The notes under the pieces were generated by a model. The model saw only the letters and a list, made by a program, of their open reading frames with translations. It was not told the DNA's origin and made no database searches. From a virus, in the IMG/VR virus record IMGVR_UViG_3300046007_009781, positions 3,400 through 67,399 of that record: a DNA stretch of 64,000 nucleotides. One strand, written 5' to 3'. The position numbers and the translations under genes were made by a program. This document shows positions 29,301 through 39,966 of this stretch, piece by piece. Numbering within the stretch: position 1 is the stretch's first letter; the number at the start of each line of letters is the position of its first letter.

Positions 29301-32300
29301 TTGATATACTTAAATTAGGTTCCCAATCTATTACAGCACGATCCTTAATATAAATTGTCCATAGATTATCCACCGAACTGTCTGATTGCACCAATACTTT
29401 ATAACCGATCGGTTGCAATAATATATCCACGAATCCCAAGCTTTCAAGATTGTCAACAATTAAATCATACTCGCCAGAGTTAACAGGAGGTATAGGCTCC
29501 CCGCCACTTAACCCCGAAATATCAAAATTTTGACTTATGATATTATCTGACAAAATAGTATTCACATATTGGAAAATATTTTTTGCCGATTCATTTCTAT
29601 TGATCACTAAACTCTGTCTTGGACGTATAGCAGTGCCATATCTTGTTTGTACAGGTAAAGTAGGATCTGGCACAGGGTTGCCAAATCTATCTACTCCGCT
29701 AACGCTGTCAACTAACTTATTATAAATCGAGGTAGGTATATCTGCAGATTTAGAACCTTTTTCCGATATTAATGCGTATTCATTATGTATGACATTACTG
29801 TTCAAAATTGTTGCATAATCTAAATGAAAAATAGTGTCATCACTTATAGTTTCATTTACCAGATTGAATATTGCTAAACTGTCATCTCTCAATGCTGCAT
29901 AATATTTTATGCCACTGGATTTGGGATCTGCAATGTAACTTGCAATAGAAGAAACCGGTAATCCTCTGTTGTTAGATGAACTTTTTGTCACTGTGGTTTT
30001 ATTTTTTACCCAAAAGTAATATTTTACTGTTGTAAAATTACTAGTAGGATCAACATAAGTCACAGTCACATATGCTTCATTGTTTGGATATTTAGGTATA
30101 CCGTTTCCGCCATTGGCTACATATTGATTAGGAGGATATAAACTTTCTACCCATTCATATACATCTATTACGCTGCCAGGAAATAATCTTCCCCAGTTAT
30201 TAGCTCTATACTCAATTGACCCCTGTTCATAGTCAATATATCTGACCGTACTTAAATCCCACCAAACTTGTCCAACTTGTTCATTTGACCAGAACAAAGT
30301 ATTGTTTTGACTTAAAGATGTCAATGATACATTATTATAAACTGCAGGATCATAATCTATTTTGTAATTGATTTCTTGCTCTGCCAAACCAAGAATTTTT
30401 CCTTTAGCAGGATCTATGTAATCTAAATTATAAGTAATTGTTTGATTTTTACTGCTGTAAATATAGCCTTTTAATAAACTGTCAATATCAACCTTAGGTT
30501 CTTGATTTCTGATTACATCCCAACCCAATAAACCTGCATTATTATCAAATTTGAAAACTCTACCAGTATTAAAGCCCTGACGTTTATTATGTTTACTACC
30601 AACAATTAATTTTGTGTTGGTTATGTCTATTGCACTACCGAACTTATCATTTGTTTGTAAACTAGATCCAATTACGGTAGGTGTTAACTGTTGTATAAAG
30701 GTATAAATGCCAGGATATTGAATAGATTGTCTATTATCATCTAAGTAAGAAAATATCCACACAGCACCACTATCTGATTTATTTTCTTTAAATAAGGTAC
30801 TTTCAGAATCAAATATAGTAATTAAATTTAACGATTTATCAAATGTTGTAGCTTCCAATGTTGCTGCACTGTCGCTGCCCACGGATAAAATATTACTGTT
30901 GGGGTTAATTTTTACTTGTTTACCAAAGTAATCGTACGATTTATTAGATGGATTATTAATTACCTCTACCTCAGTAAACACAGTTAGTCCCAAACTAGAC
31001 AATGCATTACCCTGACCTGGTAATACTTTCAATTTATCTGCAGCAATTACCGAGGAACTAGTTAATGACAAGTAACCATTAGTATTGGCTGCTACCACAC
31101 CTGGTATATTGTAATTGTTTATTGTGTTTACAATATCAGTTAGTGTAGTGCCAGAAAAGTTAATTAAAAAATTGTTTATTCTAATACTATCGCCGCTTGT
31201 TACACTTGGATTTTGTATAGTGCCTGATATATTTCCGTAAGCTTTTCCTTGGTTAATCAGTCTGTATACACTACCGTTAAACAAATTAACATTTGAATTA
31301 AATGGTGCACCAACAAATACACTGCAACTATTAGTGCAAATTTCTACGGAATATCCAAATTCTTGCTTACTTTCTGGTATTGTCGAACTTCTTCGCTCAA
31401 CTAGATTAAAAATATTGGTTTCAATTGAAACAATTTTTCCTATTCCAGGAGGTGATAAAAACTGCACCACAGAAGGTCCAAATGATACCCAATCCTGATT
31501 AATAATCTGCTCTGTATTATCAATGAATACTCTTGTGAACTCATTAATAGTAGATCTAATAGAAAAATTAATTTGATCTTCTGTTTGCACTAAAAAACTA
31601 TCAATAGATCTATCAAATACACTGATTTCACCGTTATTTGTATATGTAGTAGATTCTATTGTAAGATTAGATTTAGGGGATCCAATTACAATTTGATCTC
31701 CTGCCAAAGTGGTTGCCAGACTAAATCCAAATTTGCTTCCCGCATTTCCGGATAAAGTGGTGAAATATTTAAAACCTTTTTTCTGAGAAACGGTAATAGT
31801 GCCTACACTTGGTGGAGTATCAAATACAATTTCTGAGCCAGTTAAATCATAGTCTTTGTAAGGCACAAAAGTTTGAGCAGCAGATACTACTAAGATACTT
31901 TCTGGATCATCTGGTGTAAAATCTAACAGGTAATTAGAAGTTGTACCATCTGCTACAAAACTAGTATTTGCCGTTAATCGATTTCTATTATAAGCATAAA
32001 CATAAACATCATCAGTATCAGGTGCACTGATATAAAGCCAATAATCGTCTTCACTAAGTGCAACACTATGTCCAAACTTTCCTTGACTTGCAGTATTAGG
32101 TCTTAATATCTGCGACTCTGAAATACTGCCAAATTCATCCTTAGAGTATACAAAACAGTATCCAATATTTCCATTGCTATCTGGTGCTCCAGCAATTACA
32201 AACTGTTGTCCAGAGTCTACGCTTGCACCTAAACTGACTGTATCATTGGCAAAGCTAGTTAAAGTAAGATTTTCTACTAGATCATCTGCGTAATTAATTG

Positions 32301-35300
32301 CGTAATTGGTTATTGCTCCCACATTGCTATTATACCCGGGCATACCAGCAATAACAAATTTATTATCGTTTGTAATTTTTACAGCACTTCCAAATGCACT
32401 ATTATTGGCTAAAATAGATTTAGGTAACGCAACATCATATACCCAAGGATCAGACTTTTCAAATACTGCCCAATCGCGTGCAGTATTATATTGAGACACC
32501 CAAATTTTATCTTGATTCAACCATCCATTATTTGGTTTGACAGAATCTAAATCTATTTGCCTTTCAATTTTTAAGCTAACTAATTTGTGCAGAACCCCAT
32601 TTTCGGAAATTGAACTAAATCCGGTTAGCGACGAAGACACACCTACAGTAAACTGTGTTAATCCATTTACGGCAATAACTTTATAAAATCCATTAAATCT
32701 ATCTAAATTTGTCATCATCACTGTGTCGTTTAACGATAATCCGTGTGATGTATCTGTAGTAACTAAAATACGTTGATTTAGAGCGTTTGAAAGACTGATT
32801 ATTTTTGCAGTAGATTCGTTAACTCTAAAAACATTCCATGTTTGACTGTAATCTTTAGCTACCCATATAATAGATCCTGTTCCTATATTGTTAAGATTGA
32901 TATTCAAATTTTGAATATTATTAATATCGAAAATAGTATAGTCTACATCTTCAACATTAACATACCCTGCAGTTTGTATATCCCCTATATAATTACTGTC
33001 TATATTTCTATTCAACAAAAATGGACTAGACCAAGGAATAGTTGTGCTCTTATATAACCCATTTTGATCTGTAAACAATGAACTATATATTACTGAACCA
33101 TTTGAATTTACTTGTAAACTAGTTGGATTACTTAAAGTATAATTTTCATATAAAACAATGTCTACTGACTGATTAGTATCTAAACTACCGTAACTACCTA
33201 CTCTAAACGCCCAATCTTCGTTAATTGTTACTGTAGTAGGTTGATTTCCAAAGGTAACATTACCTAAAGCATTGATGGATTTGAGTGTTCCTTTTTCTTT
33301 GATAAATCCTTGATAAAACTTTACTTGACTAGAATCATTTAATCCCAAATCATTTAAATAATTTCTGTTCCTAAATCCAATTAGTCCCAATGAGTATTTG
33401 TCAAATTCACTTTCTAAATTAATCAAATCTGTATTATAGAAAGTTTCACCCACTTGAGCATTTTTAGCGAAGTTTTGTAATAATCCAGATTTTACTTTAT
33501 TTTTATCTACAGGAATCCAAGATTTAAAATTAAATGTAGTAGATCCTGCTAAATTAGATCCTGCTGTATAGTAGAAATTTTTATATTCTACTAGATCACC
33601 TCGAAGATAATCTTTGTTCATTTGCCAAGGATCAACTTTTGGTGGGCCGTATATAAATCCGTTAGGATTTAATGTACCATTCCATTCGCCTGTTTTATAA
33701 CCTACAATTTTTAACCTATACTGTCTTTGCCCTGATACTGGATCATATATAATATCATTGAATTCAGTGCGATTGTTAAACAATAAAATATGTTCGTATT
33801 GAATTACATTTAATGAAATAAACCCAATTAAATCCTTAGTGCTTTTCAAATTAAGCCACAAGTAACCATTTTCTCTGTTAATGGTGTAAGCGTCAGAGCC
33901 TATCATTTTGTAATTCTGATCAATTATTTTACTACCATTAACTTGATTAGTAATTTTATCTACTGTGGCTGTGTTGTTGAAAAAACTTAAGTAATTACTT
34001 GCAGGACTTAGTGTAATAACGCTGCCCGAAGACCAGCCTTGTTGAATCCAAAATAAAAATTCTTTTACACTCAGCGCCCAATTTTTAATCTCTCCGAGAG
34101 TTTCATCAAAAAATCCAAATCTAAATCCCTGCAACAACAAATATCTTTCATAGCCACTTATAATATTTGCTACTTGTTGAACTGTATTAATTTCAATACC
34201 ATAAGGAATGTCTAATTTAAAATTAGTAAATTCTGTGTAATAATCTGCTGCCCTGTCTAATACTTTGATAACATTTTTTTTACCAGTTGTAGCAGGGGGC
34301 ACGATAGTAAAAAATGGATTTTCTGCGTCGTACCCAGATAGCTTAAAACCATTTTCAGTTTTTTCAATTATCATTGCACTGTATCTAGCATTTAAAAACG
34401 GCACAGATTTGTGCAATGATAAATCAAAATCTTTGTCTGGAATAATAATATTTGTATTTGTACTAGAGGGACTATTTTGTTCTGCTAATATTTTTAAATA
34501 TTGTTTTCCGCTGAACCCTGCCATTCTGTAGGACAATTGTAAATTAAAATCTCTTACAAAATGTAAAAGCTGTGATTTATTTGCTGCACCTTGACTTATT
34601 AAATAATCCCCAATCCAATTAATATAACCTGTTGCTCGCAATAAAGTGCCAGACACTGTTTCCCCATTTAAGTCTACCGATGAAGGGGTAATTCTTTCAT
34701 TGGTACCCTGTATTAGATACTGATCTAGTTCGACATTATATCTATACTTGTTTGTGTTAATTCCATATGAAAAATATTTGGCAGGCTTAATCAGTGCCAT
34801 TGCTAATTGTAAAGCAAATGGATACTCACTGCTTTTTTTCCATGCAGTTTCAACAGGGCCCCATTGTCCTACTGTCCAACTTCTATCAAATGTATTTGCA
34901 TCAAAGTTATTAGTTAATATACCTAACGGTGGTAATAGAACACCGTTTTCATTTACTGGAATAAAATTTAAAAGATTGGGACGGGTAAATTTAATGTCTG
35001 TGCCTTGACGATCCCCTTGGGCAATATAACCATTTTGTAAATCTGTCCACAAAATTTTATTACCTGACGTGTAAGGAGCAGGGCCATAATAATCTTGCCA
35101 CCAGTCTGGTTCTTCACTGAACCCTAACATTTCCCATGGGGTTAAATGGGGTGTTTGACAATCATAATAGTATTGATAACAGGCTCTCCAAGATCCAGGG
35201 AGATTATCTCTATCAATTACGTCTAAACTACCAGAATAGTTATATGTAAACGGAGAATCATTTTGGTAGGTAGTGTTTTCTGTATAGTTAAAATTATTGA

Positions 35301-38300
35301 CCGCAGCCCATCTTAAATAAAATTTTCCCACCAACTGATTAAATTGTGTGTATGTAATCCCGGTATCTCTAAATTTTCCAGGGACACTTTCGTAAACATT
35401 TACTAAGTATTCGCTGTAAGAAGTTTTAATGTTATTGTATATTCTCTTTTCTAATTCTAATAAGATTTGATCTCTTATGTCTCCGAACGTGGGAGTTAAA
35501 CTACCGTCATGGCCTCTTATAAAACTAGTAGGAGTAGAATAAGTGTAATCTATTATAATATCAGGAGTAAATTTAGGATATAGGCCTAATTTAGTAGGAG
35601 TTTCGGGAATCCAATTTCCGTCAGTGTTTTGATATTCTACAATTGTTAAAACATCATCTATAGCAAGGTCTACAGATTCGTTTATAATTACACCAGGACC
35701 AGTTGTTGCAAATACATAATCACGACCAAATAACAACTGACTGCCATTCAGATAAACTAATATAGCTAAATTATTAAGTTCAGTTGGATTGTAAATAGAA
35801 CTAATTTCGTAGGTTCGTTGTAATGTATTAAACACAGAGTAAGTAATAGTATTTTTACTGTCCCCGTAAGGCACCATACCACTGTAATACCACGGAAAAG
35901 TTTTATCTTTTATAGTATTAATCTTTTTAATAATTACATCTACTGCACTAACTGGATCAGATAAATTGTAATCTCTAATAGATTCAGCTAAATTTAAAAA
36001 TTTGTTTTTGAATCTTGTGTATTCTTGAGATGCATAAAATAAACTGCTATAAAAATCGAATGTTTCATTACACAGAAACATCATTGCATAACTCAAAGGA
36101 GCACTTTGTTCTAAAATTGTTCCAGGTTGGTTTTCTACATACAAATCTCTTAGATTACTATTGCCGGGGTAATTGCCCACAAAGCTTAAACTATTTTGTG
36201 CCAACTCCCCTATATGATTACGCATCTCACCTAGGGTAATTGAATTAACTTTAGCGTTTTGTGCATTTAAATTGAGGTTAACAGGAGCTTGATAAAATGC
36301 TAAATCACTAATTTGATCAGAATATACTAAGACATCAACTCTACTACCTTTAGTCATCTTTCCTGGTTTAATCAATAACTGTAATTTATTACCAGGTATA
36401 TTAAACAGTTGATAAGAATTAACATCTAATTTTTTGAAATTTATATAAACTAAAAAATTTGGTCTTGTAGTTGGAAGTAAGGGCTTAATATCTAAAAAGA
36501 AATCATTATTAATGCCATCAAATGTAAATGCAAAATTTTGCATCTGACGCGATTCGCTGTTCGAATTGGTCCATGCATTAACATTAATAACACTAAGATC
36601 CTCTAAATTTTTATGTAAAAAACCTACATTAATATTTTTTCTATAATTTTTGTTATCTACTTTATATTCAAATATTTGATTATCGAAGTCATTGTAAAAT
36701 TCAATGTCCCCAATATTATTAAAATTTCTATAGGATAAACTAAATCCTAATACTGGGTCAACTGCCCCTGTGCCGGTTTTATAACTAAAAATCTTTGTGC
36801 CAACAAAATTAGATTCATTGTTAATAATAGGGTATTTTGTAGTATCACTTAAACTTATATCATCATCGTCGAACACGTCAAACAGTGGCGGTTGATTGAT
36901 TTCTGTTTTTTGTTGTGCAAATATCCAGTTGTTACCGTTATACCAATAAGTTTTTCCCTTATTATTCAATCCATTTAGTACACTGACAGAATAATTCTCA
37001 TCTACTATAGCATCATCTGCTTCTACTAGTTTTATTTTTTGACCAGTATCATCTATGTTTTCAAAATCAATGACATAAATTTTTCCTTTCGAAAGAGGAT
37101 CTTGGTCTAAACTAAAAATAACTCTCATACCTTCAATCAGTTTAACACCATCAATATACATTCCTTCATATTGACCTTGCACATTTAAAAATGGATTTGT
37201 AAATTGAGTGTCAAATAAATCAACTGGCTGTTTACTTCTTCTGCCAAAATTAATCAGTTGTAAATCTGCATCAAATTCAATGATTGGTCTTTTAGCTCTA
37301 GAACCTTCATTATAATCTTGTTGAATGTTAGTGTAATATGCAGTAGCATCTAATACCCCTTTATGAAACCAACGATTTCTTCTAGTCCAAGGATTTAAAT
37401 CTAAACTTGCTCTATTAATGACGATATAATCCGGAGTCGAAATAGATTCGTCAACGTCTAAAAAAGTGCTACCAAAATATCTCGGTCCAACTATGTATGG
37501 GTATGATTCAGTAATAAAATATGCATAAGTTCCATCTGGAAATTCTGGAGTAACACAATATCTGCCATTGTAGATATCTAAGTCTGTTACTGCAGAGGGG
37601 TCTATTAGAGTTTTGTGAACATAATCTTCAATGAATGAACCTGCTTCAAATCCAAACTGAATTTGTGTACCTTCTAAGTAGGTTACATTTCCATTTAATA
37701 AAACAGTAAAATCACCGCTGTAATCGTTTAGTCCAACTGCAGTTTTTAAAGCATTATTAATAATATACCTGTCAGGCACTGGCAAAGGCACACCATCAAC
37801 TGTAACACTGGTAATTTTCATTCCAGGATTTAATCCATTAGTAGATGACACACTGATTAGCGGACTTGAAAGAATATCTGTTGTGACTGTAACTGTTACA
37901 TTGGCAGGCCTATAAATAGAATCAACATTATCACTGATAATATAACCACTTGTTAGTCGTTTAACGCCGCTAGTAGAATCTAATGCAGTTCTATACCCAA
38001 AAGGACCATATATAGGGTATCCATCTAATGCTATACCTATTAATTTACTGTGCCCGTCAGTGTTATTGTATCCATCACTGAACCCACTGATATTTGCCCA
38101 TGCATTTGCAGTTATAAAGTCGCCATTAGTGTAAGCATATTCACCGAAATCAAAAACATTGCCTCCATAAGCGTCCCTGCCATTAATATTAACTTTATTA
38201 GTATCGTAATGCCATTTAGCACTGTCCGCTGACGGAATATACGCACCATTACTTACACCTTTAATAGGTATACCTGGTAATGTCATGCCGATCGTAGCAT

Positions 38301-39957
38301 TACTTAAACTAATATCTTCATGGTCGCCTGGTTGATTTTTTCCTACTCTGAACGGTAATGTGTAAGTAAGATTTTGTTCTACAATATATCTACTATTAAT
38401 ACTATTAGGAAAACTACCAACAGAAACATTAGGATATTGTGGGAAATCTGTTGAGGTTATTTTTAATTGATCTCTTGCAGAATTTAACGAAATTTTACTG
38501 TATTGCGTAAAATAATTTGCTGGTTCAAAGGTAGTCAAAACACCTGCGTATCCAACAATTAGATCATTTACTGCAATTAGTCTTATTCCTGTACCAACAC
38601 CTTCTACATAATATTCCTTATTACGATAAGATTCAGGTAAAACTTGTGCATTAAATTGTATTTTTAAACCGTTAGTAAATGTAACACCGTTTGGACTAAC
38701 ATAGTTAGTTTTTCCTAATATCTCGGACGTAATATCAATAAAACTATTTGTAGAATCTATAATCCTTATTACACCATATTGATTTTCATCTTCACTGTCT
38801 TGATAATATAAAGTTTCCAACGGGGCAGTAATGACTGGGATTCTTATTAAGAAATTATCAATTGATGTATACCATTCAGTGTTGCCATATTCTATACCTG
38901 ACAAAACGATGACCTTGTTGTTAACAGGTATAGCACCATAATAAGCTAAGTTAATAATAAAATCATTACCCGACGGAGTTAACACAATGTTCCAAATACC
39001 ATATCTTTGAGCTGCTGGTACAGTTACATTATTAGCAGTCCAATCTGCGGTGTTATTAGTATATTCGCCGAAAATTAAAAATTTTCCGTTAAGGTTTGAT
39101 AACTGGCCATCAATTCCATTATACAGATTTTTAATTTGAGATAATAATTGACCTTGTAGATTTGCGTAAGTTAATGTGCTAACTAAATCCACAGTTTGCA
39201 CCACTGGCATGTTTATATAAAAATCTTGTGCAGTGCTGATAGGCACATTAAAGTAAATTGTGCCAAACTCTGTTCCGTTATTATCTACTCCAAGTATTTG
39301 TCTTGTACTTAAATTGGTTAACTCACTAATGCCCGATAACCCCGGTTCTGTTTGAATATAAAACTTTTTGCCAGGTTGATTAATTACAAATTGATAGTTA
39401 CCGCCGCGAGCTAAAGTGATATCAGGATTAGGAGTAGTGCCATACCCGCTTAGATTATAAACTCTTAACGCAGAATCCGGATAAATGTAAAATGTTCGTT
39501 CAAGCTGAGCTTCACCTGCAAACACAGGAACCGGACTGGGCCCGTTAGGTAACCAATAATATTGGCCGAAATTAATTAGGGTGTCTGCATTGATTCTCGG
39601 ATTATAACTATAAAAGTCACTTCGGAATAAATTATCTTGGTTTGATACGTTAGCTCCAAAATAATTAATTTTTTCTAGTAATTCTTGATAGGTAACCGCA
39701 TATTCCAAATCACCGCTTATGGCATTTTTAACCACTACTGCTGGTTCAAGTTGATAGTCTGCTCTTAAATCCGTGGGTTCAGTAATGTATGTGGTTATGT
39801 TATTAAATCCGGGAGCAAATTTTCTGCCTACATAACCATTGATTGCTAATAGATTTGGTTCTGTTACTAATTGATCCAGAGTAGCATTTAGAAATTTCTT
39901 ATTGGTTTCAGTTTGGAATACTGACGGTAAAAAATTAACAGTTTTAGTATTGGCCAT
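26353..39957 (-). CDS. Giant (4534 aa) baseplate wedge/structural protein, positional equivalent of T4 gp7
   Basis: Follows gp6. N-terminal FLPSVFQT..FL, YINEVKPYRT, FG-GAP-like repeats, GxGY..P.V.I.G repeats, CBM-like and YHYH-like modules. Confidence 0.8.
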   Translation of the reverse strand: MANTKTVNFLPSVFQTETNKKFLNATLDQLVTEPNLLAINGYVGRKFAPGFNNITTYITEPTDLRADYQLEPAVVVKNAISGDLEYAVTYQELLEKINYFGANVSNQDNLFRSDFYSYNPRINADTLINFGQYYWLPNGPSPVPVFAGEAQLERTFYIYPDSALRVYNLSGYGTTPNPDITLARGGNYQFVINQPGKKFYIQTEPGLSGISELTNLSTRQILGVDNNGTEFGTIYFNVPISTAQDFYINMPVVQTVDLVSTLTYANLQGQLLSQIKNLYNGIDGQLSNLNGKFLIFGEYTNNTADWTANNVTVPAAQRYGIWNIVLTPSGNDFIINLAYYGAIPVNNKVIVLSGIEYGNTEWYTSIDNFLIRIPVITAPLETLYYQDSEDENQYGVIRIIDSTNSFIDITSEILGKTNYVSPNGVTFTNGLKIQFNAQVLPESYRNKEYYVEGVGTGIRLIAVNDLIVGYAGVLTTFEPANYFTQYSKISLNSARDQLKITSTDFPQYPNVSVGSFPNSINSRYIVEQNLTYTLPFRVGKNQPGDHEDISLSNATIGMTLPGIPIKGVSNGAYIPSADSAKWHYDTNKVNINGRDAYGGNVFDFGEYAYTNGDFITANAWANISGFSDGYNNTDGHSKLIGIALDGYPIYGPFGYRTALDSTSGVKRLTSGYIISDNVDSIYRPANVTVTVTTDILSSPLISVSSTNGLNPGMKITSVTVDGVPLPVPDRYIINNALKTAVGLNDYSGDFTVLLNGNVTYLEGTQIQFGFEAGSFIEDYVHKTLIDPSAVTDLDIYNGRYCVTPEFPDGTYAYFITESYPYIVGPRYFGSTFLDVDESISTPDYIVINRASLDLNPWTRRNRWFHKGVLDATAYYTNIQQDYNEGSRAKRPIIEFDADLQLINFGRRSKQPVDLFDTQFTNPFLNVQGQYEGMYIDGVKLIEGMRVIFSLDQDPLSKGKIYVIDFENIDDTGQKIKLVEADDAIVDENYSVSVLNGLNNKGKTYWYNGNNWIFAQQKTEINQPPLFDVFDDDDISLSDTTKYPIINNESNFVGTKIFSYKTGTGAVDPVLGFSLSYRNFNNIGDIEFYNDFDNQIFEYKVDNKNYRKNINVGFLHKNLEDLSVINVNAWTNSNSESRQMQNFAFTFDGINNDFFLDIKPLLPTTRPNFLVYINFKKLDVNSYQLFNIPGNKLQLLIKPGKMTKGSRVDVLVYSDQISDLAFYQAPVNLNLNAQNAKVNSITLGEMRNHIGELAQNSLSFVGNYPGNSNLRDLYVENQPGTILEQSAPLSYAMMFLCNETFDFYSSLFYASQEYTRFKNKFLNLAESIRDYNLSDPVSAVDVIIKKINTIKDKTFPWYYSGMVPYGDSKNTITYSVFNTLQRTYEISSIYNPTELNNLAILVYLNGSQLLFGRDYVFATTGPGVIINESVDLAIDDVLTIVEYQNTDGNWIPETPTKLGLYPKFTPDIIIDYTYSTPTSFIRGHDGSLTPTFGDIRDQILLELEKRIYNNIKTSYSEYLVNVYESVPGKFRDTGITYTQFNQLVGKFYLRWAAVNNFNYTENTTYQNDSPFTYNYSGSLDVIDRDNLPGSWRACYQYYYDCQTPHLTPWEMLGFSEEPDWWQDYYGPAPYTSGNKILWTDLQNGYIAQGDRQGTDIKFTRPNLLNFIPVNENGVLLPPLGILTNNFDANTFDRSWTVGQWGPVETAWKKSSEYPFALQLAMALIKPAKYFSYGINTNKYRYNVELDQYLIQGTNERITPSSVDLNGETVSGTLLRATGYINWIGDYLISQGAANKSQLLHFVRDFNLQLSYRMAGFSGKQYLKILAEQNSPSSTNTNIIIPDKDFDLSLHKSVPFLNARYSAMIIEKTENGFKLSGYDAENPFFTIVPPATTGKKNVIKVLDRAADYYTEFTNFKLDIPYGIEINTVQQVANIISGYERYLLLQGFRFGFFDETLGEIKNWALSVKEFLFWIQQGWSSGSVITLSPASNYLSFFNNTATVDKITNQVNGSKIIDQNYKMIGSDAYTINRENGYLWLNLKSTKDLIGFISLNVIQYEHILLFNNRTEFNDIIYDPVSGQRQYRLKIVGYKTGEWNGTLNPNGFIYGPPKVDPWQMNKDYLRGDLVEYKNFYYTAGSNLAGSTTFNFKSWIPVDKNKVKSGLLQNFAKNAQVGETFYNTDLINLESEFDKYSLGLIGFRNRNYLNDLGLNDSSQVKFYQGFIKEKGTLKSINALGNVTFGNQPTTVTINEDWAFRVGSYGSLDTNQSVDIVLYENYTLSNPTSLQVNSNGSVIYSSLFTDQNGLYKSTTIPWSSPFLLNRNIDSNYIGDIQTAGYVNVEDVDYTIFDINNIQNLNINLNNIGTGSIIWVAKDYSQTWNVFRVNESTAKIISLSNALNQRILVTTDTSHGLSLNDTVMMTNLDRFNGFYKVIAVNGLTQFTVGVSSSLTGFSSISENGVLHKLVSLKIERQIDLDSVKPNNGWLNQDKIWVSQYNTARDWAVFEKSDPWVYDVALPKSILANNSAFGSAVKITNDNKFVIAGMPGYNSNVGAITNYAINYADDLVENLTLTSFANDTVSLGASVDSGQQFVIAGAPDSNGNIGYCFVYSKDEFGSISESQILRPNTASQGKFGHSVALSEDDYWLYISAPDTDDVYVYAYNRNRLTANTSFVADGTTSNYLLDFTPDDPESILVVSAAQTFVPYKDYDLTGSEIVFDTPPSVGTITVSQKKGFKYFTTLSGNAGSKFGFSLATTLAGDQIVIGSPKSNLTIESTTYTNNGEISVFDRSIDSFLVQTEDQINFSIRSTINEFTRVFIDNTEQIINQDWVSFGPSVVQFLSPPGIGKIVSIETNIFNLVERRSSTIPESKQEFGYSVEICTNSCSVFVGAPFNSNVNLFNGSVYRLINQGKAYGNISGTIQNPSVTSGDSIRINNFLINFSGTTLTDIVNTINNYNIPGVVAANTNGYLSLTSSSVIAADKLKVLPGQGNALSSLGLTVFTEVEVINNPSNKSYDYFGKQVKINPNSNILSVGSDSAATLEATTFDKSLNLITIFDSESTLFKENKSDSGAVWIFSYLDDNRQSIQYPGIYTFIQQLTPTVIGSSLQTNDKFGSAIDITNTKLIVGSKHNKRQGFNTGRVFKFDNNAGLLGWDVIRNQEPKVDIDSLLKGYIYSSKNQTITYNLDYIDPAKGKILGLAEQEINYKIDYDPAVYNNVSLTSLSQNNTLFWSNEQVGQVWWDLSTVRYIDYEQGSIEYRANNWGRLFPGSVIDVYEWVESLYPPNQYVANGGNGIPKYPNNEAYVTVTYVDPTSNFTTVKYYFWVKNKTTVTKSSSNNRGLPVSSIASYIADPKSSGIKYYAALRDDSLAIFNLVNETISDDTIFHLDYATILNSNVIHNEYALISEKGSKSADIPTSIYNKLVDSVSGVDRFGNPVPDPTLPVQTRYGTAIRPRQSLVINRNESAKNIFQYVNTILSDNIISQNFDISGLSGGEPIPPVNSGEYDLIVDNLESLGFVDILLQPIGYKVLVQSDSSVDNLWTIYIKDRAVIDWEPNLSISKGTYVYYSQRAWIAIEDFVTGSEFNTENFVTYRPKNVWNLIRVQSYNINEYWQYRDWYASNYDISIPPNYIINNAAELSNLRLKSGDYVKILDNGQGNWFIIKVFPNQVETVAIQNGTIEFTDNLWDLANNNMGFGADDFDTGRFDQNPSLETREIIDIIKNNIFINRLDPNFVELFFVTINYILTEQKTIDYAFKTSFITAIQKIKGLVQPEIYNKENQNFYEQYINEVKPYRTTLREYVVDYLGYDNWNGYVGDFDVPPYYDPVLKLSRSPSGEFIEDANALQLPQYRDWLFNRSYYIASVEIVDGGSGYTIPPVVTITGSANGNNAVAKAYITDGVVSRIDLLYQGSDYLSTPTVIIDGGNGQGATARANLKNDLVRSAKMVLLYDRYTYGTSVKPWEPNTAYNQGQIVNYNGVAYIVNSTNYISDATFNLRNLTIYTVDKFLNANDRIQAYYEPELGQPAKVFSLLQSGIDYPGVQVQGPLYTDSGGFDTSGFDTVIFDPFQLDSDGTYVISDAILDAKITSSFTDTSLGIRPEDIIVDGGPYVYDSFRNWTANTAYQKGDLVSYNNQVYYTIQDYTSNSSFSTTDLALYDVGPYASHAPEELIPGRVYDTLEMTVYTIAADPTSNVFISWQANSGIAVDYIQIANVGLGYNPAEVFVTITGGGAALDAQAQILLDSNGSAVSFEVSEPGLGYITTPNVIVVGTNLEPIIATAVMKLTNAPSSENPYPLMTYKIFKDMNDNYTYLRVDQSASTTLSANLGLTDSSIYVSDASKLQEPASAGGEPGVVFINGERIVYYFKDNTTNTLSQLRRGTNGTGAVPHYTGNIVYDGSQNQVVIQSENYIWYPGINGNGTINVSAFSNTIVGTGTYFASELSIGSNVFLNDGRYVGRVSRIRSNTNVAVINNVGFYANAASYQISSNVTVISTSGNTANLNADTAYIRSNLWYTPNLSTATNGGGLFNSNTIQAEFLKQGLLNSY

Positions 39958-39966
39958 GTTATCTTA

